From IMG/VR virus record IMGVR_UViG_2900261899_000001, positions 1 to 64,000 of that record: a DNA stretch of 64,000 nucleotides. One strand, given 5' to 3'. This DNA is from a virus (Duplodnaviria > Caudoviricetes). The notes beneath the pieces were generated by a model that saw only the letters and a program-made list of their open reading frames with translations, ran no database searches and had not been told where the DNA came from. The position numbers and the translations under genes were made by a program. Below, one piece after another: positions 1 through 9,134 of this stretch (its first letter is position 1; every line of letters begins with the position of its first letter).

Positions 1-289
1 GGGGCCGGATCTGCCAGTCCAGGCGCTCGATCTGATCCTTGCGGGTCTCGATCGCGAGCCGGACCAACTCGACGTTCGCGAACGACCGCAGCTGCGCGAA
101 ACCGAAGGGCTCGTACGAGCGCGGCGTCGTGACCGTGTTGTGCCCGACCGGGAAGTCGATCCGGCGGACCGGTTGGGCCGGCGTGATCGGCGCGAGCGGG
201 ACGCCCGGCGAAAACATCGACCACTGGCCGGAGAAACTGCCCGCCATCGAAGCGGACAGCGATGTGCGCGTCCCGCCGGAAGGAGGCAT
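1..289 (-). CDS. Phage portal protein, N-terminal part (runs off the window edge)
   Basis: Not in the ORF track. Manual translation from ATG 289 gives MPPSGGTRTSLSASMAGSFSGQWSMFSPGVPLAP...DFPVGHN...PRSYEPFGFAQLRSFANVELVRLAIETRKDQIERLDWQI, a portal-type N-terminus. It lies directly downstream of TerL. Confidence 0.75.
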   Translation of the reverse strand, partial: MPPSGGTRTSLSASMAGSFSGQWSMFSPGVPLAPITPAQPVRRIDFPVGHNTVTTPRSYEPFGFAQLRSFANVELVRLAIETRKDQIERLDWQIRP

Positions 290-304
290 CGAGATGTCCT
301 GTGC

Positions 305-1747
305 TTATCCGCCGAGGGCGGCTTTCATCGCCTCGACTGAGCCGGCGGCGTAGGTCGGGCCCGAAGGAACGGGCGATCTTGCATCAGCAGCCGTGGCGAT
401 TGCATTGTGGACCGCCTCAGCGACCCGAGCCGTTTCGGCCTCCTGGCGCACGAGGTCGAACATGCTCTGCGACCGCGAGTTGATCCGCAGCTTCTCGATT
501 GAATAGCGAAGTGCGTCGATAACGTGGTTCTTCTTGTCCTGAAGAACCGGAAGAACGTTTTCGGTCAGTGGGTCGGTCTTGTATGAGTAGAGCGTTAGCT
601 CATCAATCGTATGCTTGCACCGTGGATGAACGACGATGTCATAAGACTTGAGGAACTCGACACCTTCCTCAACCGAACCCGGACCCTTTGTGGCAGGTTC
701 GATACGGAACCCGCGGCGCTGCATGTATGAGATGGTCTCAGGTCGGGCGCTATCAGCACGGATGATCCATCGTAGTGCGCCGGGAATACCCTCGTAGCCG
801 CGCGTGTTTTCCCAGCGCGGGGGCTGGGCCGTATCGTTGCCCGCAAAGAACGCGGGCGTGTGGTCGATCTCGCAACCGACCGCGTGGACCTCGCGATCAA
901 CGAAAAGCGTTCGGTCGCGCACGAAGCAGCGGACCAAAACCGTCGGATCAACGGAGAATCCCCAGTCAGCGCCGAGGTAGAAGACCGCATCAGGCGGTGT
1001 TTCGAACTCTTCGGCTTTCCAGTTTTTGAAGACCCGTGCTTCGCTATTGCGCAGGTACTCGCCGAGCCAGACGTGTGCGTACTTATCGGGATCCCGGCGG
1101 AGGTCGAACTCCATGTCCGCCCGGAGAACCTCCGGAAAGAATGGATTGTCGTCGAAGTTGACGCGCTCAATAAGCGTGCCCGGCGGCTGGAACGCGCCGC
1201 GTAGCATCGCGTCCACAGGGTCAGTGCTGTTCTTCGGGTTCCAAGTGAACCAGATCTCGGATCCGGGCTTGCGCACCGTGGGAATCAGCAGGTCGAGCGA
1301 TCGCTGTGAGACCGTGTTGGCCTCCTCGACCCAGGCTAGGTCGAGCCCTTCCATTGATTTCACGGAGTCCGGGTTCGATCGCAGCCCCTCGAAAAGGAAG
1401 AGCGTATCGCGCGGCCCGCGGATCTCTGTCTCGGTCTCGCTGTAGAGGTGCGAGAGGCCGGTTGATCGGATCTTGTCGGAGAGAAGCCGTTTGACGGAGG
1501 ACTTCAGCGACTTCTGAATCTCGCGGCAGCAGAGCGCTCTCGTCGTGCGGTTAGCGCCACGGATGACGAGGGCCTGGGCGAAAGCGTGCGACTTGCCGGA
1601 GCCGCGCCCGCCATAGGCAGCGCGGTACCGGATCGGGACCTGCCGACCTTCGTGCTCGACCAAGCCAGACCGGTAGAGGTACCGGAAGACGGCTGGGACC
1701 CGGATTTTATTCGCCGCCGGCGTCGGGCTCCCCAGCATTGGTGGCAC
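305..1747 (-). CDS. terL: Terminase large subunit (PBSX/Terminase_3 type)
   Basis: YGGRGSGKSH Walker A, CCREIQKSLKSSV, WVEEA Walker B, TWNP, GADWG and NHVIDALRY nuclease motifs. Confidence 0.95.
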   Translation of the reverse strand: MPPMLGSPTPAANKIRVPAVFRYLYRSGLVEHEGRQVPIRYRAAYGGRGSGKSHAFAQALVIRGANRTTRALCCREIQKSLKSSVKRLLSDKIRSTGLSHLYSETETEIRGPRDTLFLFEGLRSNPDSVKSMEGLDLAWVEEANTVSQRSLDLLIPTVRKPGSEIWFTWNPKNSTDPVDAMLRGAFQPPGTLIERVNFDDNPFFPEVLRADMEFDLRRDPDKYAHVWLGEYLRNSEARVFKNWKAEEFETPPDAVFYLGADWGFSVDPTVLVRCFVRDRTLFVDREVHAVGCEIDHTPAFFAGNDTAQPPRWENTRGYEGIPGALRWIIRADSARPETISYMQRRGFRIEPATKGPGSVEEGVEFLKSYDIVVHPRCKHTIDELTLYSYKTDPLTENVLPVLQDKKNHVIDALRYSIEKLRINSRSQSMFDLVRQEAETARVAEAVHNAIATAADARSPVPSGPTYAAGSVEAMKAALGG

Positions 1748-2105
1748 CCGGTTCTACGAACTCGATAAGAACGGTCTGCTGCGTCTCGATCGCACCACCA
1801 TCCTTGCCGGTGTTCTCGACGACCGTGGTCTCCTTCCAGCGACCGCGGGTCTTCATCCAGAAGATCGCGGCCGTGACGCCCTTCATGCCGGAAGCCGGGT
1901 TCGTGGCATGGCTGAAGAGGGACTGCGCGACTTTGGCATTCGCGCGGATGTGCGCGGTGTCGAGCTCGTCGCGGTAGTATTTCCGCAGCGTCTTCGGGTC
2001 GATGCCGATGATCACCGCGATATCGGCCTCGGGCGTCCCGCAGGCCGCGTAGCCCTCGACGAGGCCACGGGTCTTGGCGGTCGGCTCGTGCGGGGCACGG
2101 CTCAT
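1707..2105 (-). CDS. terS: Terminase small subunit
   Basis: HTH (IAVIIGIDPKTLRKYYRDEL), AAIFWMKTRGRWKE and C-terminal TGKDGGAI. Overlaps the terL start. Confidence 0.85.
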   Translation of the reverse strand: MSRAPHEPTAKTRGLVEGYAACGTPEADIAVIIGIDPKTLRKYYRDELDTAHIRANAKVAQSLFSHATNPASGMKGVTAAIFWMKTRGRWKETTVVENTGKDGGAIETQQTVLIEFVEPGATNAGEPDAGGE

Positions 2106-2299
2106 GTCGGCCTCACGCGCTTGGGATCGGACAGCGCGAAGATCAGGGCCGCGTCGCTGGTATCGGCCGGGTCGGGTGCGAGGGGCATGGGCCGGGGCGA
2201 CGCGGAGGGCGTCGGTGCGGCGGCGGCCAAGTCCGTGCCGCGCGCGGCGCGCAGGACCTCAGCCCGGCGCGCGAGCACCTTGAGGATGTAGGGCTTCAT
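2102..2299 (-). CDS. Hypothetical protein
   Basis: Stop overlaps the terS start (coupled). Confidence 0.5.
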   Translation of the reverse strand: MKPYILKVLARRAEVLRAARGTDLAAAAPTPSASPRPMPLAPDPADTSDAALIFALSDPKRVRPT

Positions 2300-2341
2300 G
2301 ATGGGGGAGACCCGGGGCGAGGACGCCTGAGCCCGGACGCG

Positions 2342-2372
2342 AAAAAGCCCCGCGCGGTGGGTACCGCCGGGG
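2342..2372 (-). terminator. Intrinsic terminator upstream of the packaging operon
   Basis: Minus-strand stem GCCCCGGCGGT...ACCGCGCGGGGC followed by TTTTT. Confidence 0.65.
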
Positions 2373-2531
2373 CCGCAGAACTGCGTTCTCAGGTTCTCTT
2401 ATACGTCAAGGGATAGTTGGACGCTAGGGGACAGGGCGCGGACCCGAAAACACTGTTCCGGGCCGCCGCCGCAGTCCGGGCGCCTTTGCCTGAACCCTCG
2501 TTCCAAGGGATCAAGGTGGGGGCCGAACGCG

Positions 2532-3134
2532 GTGTTTGTCTACTGTGCAACCAATCCGGCGATGCCGGGGCTCGTCAAGATCGGGATGACCTTCGACCAG
2601 CCGACTGCGCGCATGATGCAGCTGAGCACACCGACAGGGATCCCAATGCGGTTCGAGTGCGCATGGTCCTTCCCATCGGCAAATCCTCGCCTTGACGAGA
2701 AACGCCTACACGCGGCGCTTCAGAAAAACCGGCTCAACGGCAAGCGCGAGTTCTTCCGCTGCACCCCGGATTTCGCGCTGGCGGAGGCTCAGCGGCTGGG
2801 CATGACAGGCGACGCACTAAGCAAGCCGTCACCGAAGCGACGGATGAATTATGGGCCTAGGGCGGCGAGTTTAGACATTGGTCAGGCTCTGGCCATTGCC
2901 CTGGTATTTGCCGTGCTTACCCCAATATCCATTATTCACTGCTTCGGCATTTCATGGATATATGCAACCGCCACCGTGATTATAACCTACATTGCTGCGG
3001 TATTAATCATTACGTTGGTCGAGTTTATCGGCGTGCCGCCCAAGAATATCGCCACGTCTCAAGACGGTGACGAAGGGGCAGCTCGGCCGATGCGTTACCC
3101 CTACCAGGACAAATCCGAGACACCAGTCTCTTAA
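2532..3134 (+). CDS. GIY-YIG/T5orf172-domain protein with C-terminal transmembrane helices
   Basis: FVYCATNPAMPGLVKIGMT...R...L...TGIP...E..LH...KREFF, followed by two hydrophobic segments. The 3' half is visibly lower in GC. Confidence 0.8.
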   Translation: MFVYCATNPAMPGLVKIGMTFDQPTARMMQLSTPTGIPMRFECAWSFPSANPRLDEKRLHAALQKNRLNGKREFFRCTPDFALAEAQRLGMTGDALSKPSPKRRMNYGPRAASLDIGQALAIALVFAVLTPISIIHCFGISWIYATATVIITYIAAVLIITLVEFIGVPPKNIATSQDGDEGAARPMRYPYQDKSETPVS

Positions 3135-3259
3135 ATACATCTCGTAAACCGCGAGATTGATAGTCCATTTCGCTTGCTCGGAACAGCAACTCGGAGTTTA
3201 TTACAAGCAACGGAGCACTTGCACCGTAGGGCAACGCCCAACTCTATAGGAGACCCATC

Positions 3260-3592
3260 ATGGCCGCTCAGAGCGCCACGCTCGCCCCCGCCCGCATCAT
3301 GGCCCGCGCCTGGGCGCTGTTCCGCGAGCGCTATGCCTATCCGAAAGTCCCCTTCCGCTCGATCGGCCGCGCCTGCTTCGCCTCCTGCCTCAAGGCGGCA
3401 TGGCACGAGGCCAAGGAGATCGTCCGGATCGCCGCCGACGGCGCCGAGCGCATCAAGGCCACGATCACCCGCCTCAAGACGCCGGTCCACCGCGTCGGCC
3501 TCTCGACGAGCTTCCGCGAGGACGCCGCCGACATGGTGCGGCGGACCTACCAGATCCGCATCCTGACCGCTGCGCTGGCGCTCGCCGCCTGA
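3260..3592 (+). CDS. Hypothetical phage protein
   Basis: RBS AGGAG. IMARAW...CLKAAWHEAK pattern typical of small phage proteins. Confidence 0.7.
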   Translation: MAAQSATLAPARIMARAWALFRERYAYPKVPFRSIGRACFASCLKAAWHEAKEIVRIAADGAERIKATITRLKTPVHRVGLSTSFREDAADMVRRTYQIRILTAALALAA

Positions 3593-3632
3593 ACCCATCG
3601 CCGGGCCACGCCCAACTCACGAGGAGTCCGCT

Positions 3633-4259
3633 ATGACCAAGACCTGCAGCAGCAAGTTCAACGCACAGCGCGCCGCCAAGCGCCTCGGCCTCGACATCGC
3701 GACGCTCGACTTCGCCCGTGTGGCGGACGGCTCGTGGGGCTGGAGCGAGAAGGCGCAGCTGGCGCTGATCGACGCGCCGACGGTTGAAGAAATTTCGGTC
3801 GTGCAGATCGAGCCCGCCGCGATCGCCACCAACGTCACGGTGCTGACGACGCCGCTCGGCCGCGCCCCGAAGGGCAAGACGCGCCTGGTGCTCGAGGCCG
3901 CAACCGCGCTGGACGGCGTGACGACAACAGAGCTGAAGGCCCTGACGGGCTGGACGAAGTTCGGGGGATTCTACAACGCGGTCGAGGCAGCGGGCTTGAA
4001 GCTCCACCGCTGCCGTGAGGGCCACGATACCCGCTGGTTCGCGGTGCCGGCCGACGAGCGCGAGGTCCGGGCCTACGTCGAGATCGACGGCCGCTGGACG
4101 CTGTTCGGGATCTTCGACACCGCCGCCGGGGCGCTCGACGCCGCCAACGAGGCCGCGGAGCCCGAGGGCGAGACCTGCACGGCGACCACCGGCAAGCGCG
4201 GGGAAGTGCTGCTGCGCGCGGCTGAGACAAACACACAAGGGATGGCGAAGGCCGCTTGA
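3633..4259 (+). CDS. Hypothetical protein with central winged-helix-like segment (DUF3489-like)
   Basis: RBS GAGGAG. Segment KTRLVLEAATALDGVTTTELKALTGW. Confidence 0.6.
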   Translation: MTKTCSSKFNAQRAAKRLGLDIATLDFARVADGSWGWSEKAQLALIDAPTVEEISVVQIEPAAIATNVTVLTTPLGRAPKGKTRLVLEAATALDGVTTTELKALTGWTKFGGFYNAVEAAGLKLHRCREGHDTRWFAVPADEREVRAYVEIDGRWTLFGIFDTAAGALDAANEAAEPEGETCTATTGKRGEVLLRAAETNTQGMAKAA

Positions 4260-4321
4260 GGGCTTTTCCTCGCGGCAAGCCGTCCGACACGGCAAGATTT
4301 CACGACATCAAGGAGACGACC

Positions 4322-6016
4322 ATGAGCACGAACACCGTGGCTCCAGGGCGCACGAGCCTGTCCGCGTCCATGCAGACCCCCACCACAAAGCCCCTCGACC
4401 CGGCCTCGGGCGCTGAAGCGCTGCGGGAAGTCGAACCGACCGTCGAATTCATGCGGGTAAAAAACAATACGAGCCTCGTCGGTCCCGTAGTCGAGCAAAG
4501 CGAAGGTTCGATCACCATTGTGGTCGCAACCACCGAAGAGGTCACCCGTGTTCCGGAGGCCTTCGAACCCGTCCCCGCACCGAGGCCGCTTACCGAGGCC
4601 GAGAGCTTCATGGTGAACGCCGCCGTGTTTCACGGTTTTGAGCACCTAGACGAGTACGCGACGATCTACGTTGCCAGTCCAGCCGCGATCGTAGCGCTCG
4701 TGTCCGCCGCCAGAGAGCAGGGTCGCCAGGACGCCCTCGCCCCGACCGCCGCCTCCGCATCCGGGGATCTGCGGGCGCTCAGCGAGAAAGCTACGCCGGG
4801 CATGATGAGTGTTTTTGAAGGTCAGCCTTGCGATCACTCAGACGACGGCGGTGGCGGGTTTACGGCTTGTATTGGAGATTTAGCGCGAGTTGGGTCCGGC
4901 CGCCCTTCTCGGCGCTTCGCCATAGCCGATGACACCTACCCCGATATTGATGCCGAAGTTTATTCGGAGGCGAGATCGAACTTCGATTTCATATCTGCGC
5001 TCTGGAATGCCTATCGCTTCGGCGAACTTGTCCTCGCCCGTCCCACAGCCCCAGACACCGCCCCGCCCGCCGCTGCGTGGGAGGTCGAGGCGCTGGAGGC
5101 CGTTGTTCCGATTGGCCCCAATGATCGCCTAGCTGAGCCCGGCTGGTACGTGGTTGATTTTGGCAAGGGTGATCACGCTTTCCGCACCTTGCTAAGGGTC
5201 GACGACGTTCATCTCGAAATGAATACTTACGAGGATGTAACCCTCGTCGCCCGCGTTTACCCGGATCGCTTTCAATTCGTCCTCACCCCCAAGGCGGAAG
5301 GGGCTGCAAGCCGGGGCGGACTGGATCGGGAGGCGGTCCGAACCATCGTCGCACGGCTGCACTGCCATGCCGAAGGCTTAGACCCCGACGATGCGATCTC
5401 AGATGCCGGACACACCGTCCTAGACGGGCTGCTTGGTGGCCTTGCTAAGCGGGAACTCGTCCGCGTTGATCAGGCAACCGACGCCATCCTCGCCCTCCGA
5501 CCCGACCCGGCACCGGTCGTCGGAGAGGCGGTCGAGGCGGACCCTCAGGGCCGGATTGCCGACACGCTGATGCTCCACCTGCCGGTGAGCCGGCCACTCG
5601 CTGTGGAGGCCGCACGGTGGGTGTTTTGGGTCATCCTCTACGACGGCTACGTCCTGCCGCTTGAAAGAGCTAAGGCCGCCCTCGCCGCCCTAGAGGCGCG
5701 GACCGGGACGGGGCAGACGGCAGCGGCTCGCGACGTCCTGGCCGAGCGTCGTCGACAGGTCGAGGCGGAAGGCTGGAAGCCGGAGCATGACGATCAGCAT
5801 GGGGCCGGCGAGCTTGCCCTGGCGGCCTCTTGCTACGCATCTCGCGCTCACGACAAAAGGAAGGATGACAGGCCGTTGCTCTGGCCCTGGTCGCGTCCCG
5901 AATGGAAGCCCGGTGATCCGCGCCGCATGCTCATAAAGGCCGGCGCACTGATCCTCGCCGAGATCGAGCGGTGGGATCGCGCCGCCCCGCCCTCCCCGAC
6001 GAGCGAGGGGGTCTGA
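4322..6016 (+). CDS. Mosaic multi-domain phage accessory protein (Ead/Ea22-like modular type)
   Basis: AAGGAG RBS before ATG 4322. LRALSEKATPG segment and C-terminal DVLAERRRQ...GW..EHDD.H...LALAA.CY...WPW...R.LIKAGALILAEIER module. Confidence 0.7.
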   Translation: MSTNTVAPGRTSLSASMQTPTTKPLDPASGAEALREVEPTVEFMRVKNNTSLVGPVVEQSEGSITIVVATTEEVTRVPEAFEPVPAPRPLTEAESFMVNAAVFHGFEHLDEYATIYVASPAAIVALVSAAREQGRQDALAPTAASASGDLRALSEKATPGMMSVFEGQPCDHSDDGGGGFTACIGDLARVGSGRPSRRFAIADDTYPDIDAEVYSEARSNFDFISALWNAYRFGELVLARPTAPDTAPPAAAWEVEALEAVVPIGPNDRLAEPGWYVVDFGKGDHAFRTLLRVDDVHLEMNTYEDVTLVARVYPDRFQFVLTPKAEGAASRGGLDREAVRTIVARLHCHAEGLDPDDAISDAGHTVLDGLLGGLAKRELVRVDQATDAILALRPDPAPVVGEAVEADPQGRIADTLMLHLPVSRPLAVEAARWVFWVILYDGYVLPLERAKAALAALEARTGTGQTAAARDVLAERRRQVEAEGWKPEHDDQHGAGELALAASCYASRAHDKRKDDRPLLWPWSRPEWKPGDPRRMLIKAGALILAEIERWDRAAPPSPTSEGV

Positions 6017-6020
6017 GCCG

Positions 6021-6287
6021 ATGAACGACGCGATCACACGCACGCTAGACTTGCTTGGTAGAGAAATTCGGCCAGCGCCAGAGCCTACACCAAATAAGGC
6101 CGAGTTCTGCCGTCGCTTCGTCGCCTACATGGTCAAGCGTGCAGGCTTCACGCACTTCGACGATGACAAATCGGTCGAGGAATATGCACAGGAAACCGCC
6201 CCGACATATTGGGCAGACAAGGACCAGCGACAGGAAGGCCCCGAAGAATGCGCCGATGCTGATATGAGCTACTGGGGGGAAGAATGA
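6021..6287 (+). CDS. Hypothetical protein
   Basis: Member of a coupled operon. Confidence 0.6.
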   Translation: MNDAITRTLDLLGREIRPAPEPTPNKAEFCRRFVAYMVKRAGFTHFDDDKSVEEYAQETAPTYWADKDQRQEGPEECADADMSYWGEE

Positions 6288-6898
6288 CCCCCGCCCCCAC
6301 CCGAGCCGAAACGGCAGCGCTCCGGGAGGTGCTGGCCGTCCTTATCGAAGCATCGAGGCTGGCCGGAAAGCTTCCGCAGGAGGCAGCGGACATGCTGATC
6401 GCCGGCCCGCTAGCGTCCGTCCTCGCCGAACGCAACGCCGCCTTGGCCGAGCGGGATGAGGCGCGGCGCGCCCTGGAGCGCGACCGCAGCACAGTCGCCG
6501 TCACCGTCAACAAGATGCGCGAGTCCCTGCGCGGGCGAGCGTGGCTCTTGGAAGGCGGGCGCGGTCCCTACGAATGGGACGACGATCGCTTTCGCGAAGA
6601 GTTCTCTCAGGCCCTCGACGAGATCGCCGCGCCGCTGGACGTGCTGCGCGGGATAGCCCGCGACTGGTCGAACTGCCCTACCGACCAAGCCGAAATCGAT
6701 CTTGCCCGCGCCGATCGCGCAGAAACCGAGCCAGCGGCCCTCAAGGCGAGGATCGCGGCGTTGGAGGCGGCGCTGGACCAAGCCGAAGCCTGCATGTCCA
6801 TCGTCCAACCGCGCTCCCATACCGCCGAGTACCTGCGGACCCTCAACTTCATCCGCACCGCTCTCGCAGAAGGAACAGCCCATGCCGACGCAAGCTGA
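6284..6898 (+). CDS. Hypothetical coiled-coil protein
   Basis: ATGA overlap with the upstream gene. Confidence 0.65.
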   Translation: MTPAPTRAETAALREVLAVLIEASRLAGKLPQEAADMLIAGPLASVLAERNAALAERDEARRALERDRSTVAVTVNKMRESLRGRAWLLEGGRGPYEWDDDRFREEFSQALDEIAAPLDVLRGIARDWSNCPTDQAEIDLARADRAETEPAALKARIAALEAALDQAEACMSIVQPRSHTAEYLRTLNFIRTALAEGTAHADAS

Positions 6899-7358
6899 AC
6901 TGATCGGGCTGGCAAATCGCATCGCCGAGCGGATGAAGGGCGAGGATCCGCACGAAGGCTCAAAGCCGATGCTCGGGTTCTCAGTCGGCGAATGGACCCT
7001 CATCGAAGCCGCCCTCCGAGCGAGCCCGGACCGGGACGAGGGCGAGCGGGTGCGGACACTCGACGACCGGCTCAAAGCTGCGGGCCTGTACACCTTGCCC
7101 GAGATGATGGGCGTCACACCGCTGACGCGGTGGAAGATCCCCGTCGGGATGGCCGGCGATCTTGAGTTCTTCGGCAGATGGCTCGACCGCCGCGCGTCCG
7201 AGTATCTGCGGATGCGGGCCTCACGCGACCTGGCCGACAAAGGTGAGGCCGACGAGCTTCATGAGTGGGTGCTGGCGCACTCGGCCGCGTTCTCCGAGAT
7301 CCGGACGAACTTTAAGGCGGCAACCGGCGCCATCGCGCAGGAGGAGAAGCCAAGATGA
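6882..7358 (+). CDS. Hypothetical protein
   Basis: AAGGA RBS before MPTQAEL. Overlaps neighbours on both sides. Confidence 0.6.
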   Translation: MPTQAELIGLANRIAERMKGEDPHEGSKPMLGFSVGEWTLIEAALRASPDRDEGERVRTLDDRLKAAGLYTLPEMMGVTPLTRWKIPVGMAGDLEFFGRWLDRRASEYLRMRASRDLADKGEADELHEWVLAHSAAFSEIRTNFKAATGAIAQEEKPR

Positions 7359-7726
7359 AGCGAGCCTCATCGACTGCCGAACAGCGCATCGCCGCCCTGG
7401 AAAACATCATTCGCGACACGCTCTGGATGGCGCGTCGCTACGCTCATGGCCGTCAGAGCTACGCGGTTGGCATGTACAACGACGCGGCTCGGCGCGCGCA
7501 GCATCTGAACGTGCAGTTGCAGATGACGGACGGTTCAATCTTCGCGCTTGACGGCACGCGCGACGGAGCCGGCGGCGCAGAGATGTCCGCCCTCTCACCC
7601 GAAGAGTTCGCCGCAGCTGCTGATGGTCTAAATCGGGTCGGCATCACGCCGCATCCCGATCGGTTTTCGCCCGCCGGCCGCAAAGCCCTCGACACCCTGG
7701 AGCAGGGGGGAGGCGAGCGTGGCTGA
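7355..7726 (+). CDS. Hypothetical protein
   Basis: ATGA coupling. Confidence 0.6.
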   Translation: MKRASSTAEQRIAALENIIRDTLWMARRYAHGRQSYAVGMYNDAARRAQHLNVQLQMTDGSIFALDGTRDGAGGAEMSALSPEEFAAAADGLNRVGITPHPDRFSPAGRKALDTLEQGGGERG

Positions 7727-7802
7727 TGCCCATCTGGGCCCTCGCCAGCCGTTCCGCCGCCGTGCTTGATGGGGCCGAGGACCTTCGGCGAGGAGCTACC
7801 CC

Positions 7803-8027
7803 ATGCCCATGTACGTCGCCTACTGCGGACGCCTGACCGTCACCGAACGAGACCTCGCTGGCGCGGACGAGAATGGGACGATCACACTCTATCCAGACGA
7901 GCACGTTACGCAGGAGGACTACAGGCTAGCGGCCTCGTTCAGTTCGCACGACCAGAGCGGTGTGCACGAGATGCTGCGCTCGTTCATCGGTCAGAAGGTC
8001 CGGATCACGGTCGAGGTGGAGAGCTGA
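7803..8027 (+). CDS. Hypothetical protein
   Basis: GAGGAG RBS. Confidence 0.6.
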   Translation: MPMYVAYCGRLTVTERDLAGADENGTITLYPDEHVTQEDYRLAASFSSHDQSGVHEMLRSFIGQKVRITVEVES

Positions 8028-8030
8028 CGA

Positions 8031-8708
8031 TCAGGCCGCCCGCGCTGCCGCCCGAGACACCGTGAGCCCCGGCGCGTAGCCGAGCAACTCCAGATCCGGC
8101 CGGGACAGCGGAGGCCGCCCGAACGACGGCTCCCAGGTCGCGACGGCCTCGTCCTGCGGCTGCCGGCGCATGATGCCGACGTTCAGATCCCACAGTGCGG
8201 CCTCGATCAGGCGCAGGCCGAGCGGGGCGAGCTTACCGCGCCAGAGGTCGGCGGGGTTCTCGCCGGTCTCGACGAAGACGAAATCCTGGGCCGCGATGTC
8301 GCCGCCGTCGACGCGCTCGGACAGCCAGAACACGGTGCCGCCGGTGACGGCATCGCCCATGGCGAGCGTCCAGCGGATGGCGTCGCGGCCGCGGTGCCGG
8401 GGCAGGAGAGAAGGGTGGTAGCCGAGCGCCCCGAACCGAGCCCGCATCCGGGTTTTGCGGCCGATGAACTCGTGGCTGTGCGCGGCGAGGATCAGGTCGA
8501 CGCCCTCGGGCAGGGTGTGCGCGTCGAGCCGCCCGGATTCGAGCCACGGCACACCGGCGAGGCCAGCCGCGGCGCGGAGCTTGTCCTCTCGTTGACCGGT
8601 CCCGTCGAACGCGGGAGACGAGACGCCGGCGATGGTGTGACCGAGACGCTGGACCAGCCGAAACACGTCGGCGCCGAACATCTTCTGGCCGGAGATGTAG
8701 ATCTTCAC
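8031..8708 (-). CDS. Stand-alone formyltransferase (Fmt/ArnA N-terminal domain)
   Basis: GYHPSLLPRHRGRDAIRW, GGTVFWL...VDGGDIAAQ and PQDEAVATW motifs. GTG start at 8708 after GAGGGT. Confidence 0.85.
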   Translation of the reverse strand: MKIYISGQKMFGADVFRLVQRLGHTIAGVSSPAFDGTGQREDKLRAAAGLAGVPWLESGRLDAHTLPEGVDLILAAHSHEFIGRKTRMRARFGALGYHPSLLPRHRGRDAIRWTLAMGDAVTGGTVFWLSERVDGGDIAAQDFVFVETGENPADLWRGKLAPLGLRLIEAALWDLNVGIMRRQPQDEAVATWEPSFGRPPLSRPDLELLGYAPGLTVSRAAARAA

Positions 8709-8738
8709 GCTGTACCCTCGAAGCGGACCCGAACGGCG

Positions 8739-9134
8739 ATGGTCGCCTACAATTTCCCGGACTGGATGGTCCCCGGCATCCTGTCCGGCGCGAAGACGCA
8801 CACGGTGCGCAAGCCGAAGACGCCGCCCTATCGGCACGCTGCGCCGGGTGACCGGATCCGGCTCTACGCCGGCATGCGCACCAAGGCGTCGCGGATCATC
8901 CTCGAGCCGGTGTGCTCAACGCTGCAGGCCGCGGATTTCGTGTTCCCTGCACGTGCCGGCGCGACGACCTTCACGCTCGACGGCCAGCACGTCGATCCCG
9001 AGGCCTTCGCGATCGCCGACGGCTTCCGCGACCTCGCGCACATGCGGGGGTTCTGGTTCGCGACGCACGCGCCGCGCGGCGCCGAGACGCTCGTGTTCAG
9101 CGGGGCGCTGATCGCTTGGACTTCGGAAGCTTGA
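8739..9134 (+). CDS. ASCH-domain protein
   Basis: F...ILSGAKTHTVRK...PGDRIRLYAGMRTK and FAIADGF ASCH motifs. Confidence 0.8.
   Translation: MVAYNFPDWMVPGILSGAKTHTVRKPKTPPYRHAAPGDRIRLYAGMRTKASRIILEPVCSTLQAADFVFPARAGATTFTLDGQHVDPEAFAIADGFRDLAHMRGFWFATHAPRGAETLVFSGALIAWTSEA

Noticed and set aside
2385-2398. GTTCTC-AG-GTTCTC as a LexA box
   Set aside because: GTTC spacing is N4, not N7. It may bind another factor but there is no support.
8031-9134. Invertible segment explaining the odd fmt/ASCH orientation
   Set aside because: No flanking inverted repeats were seen, and inverting the block would not restore co-orientation with both neighbours.
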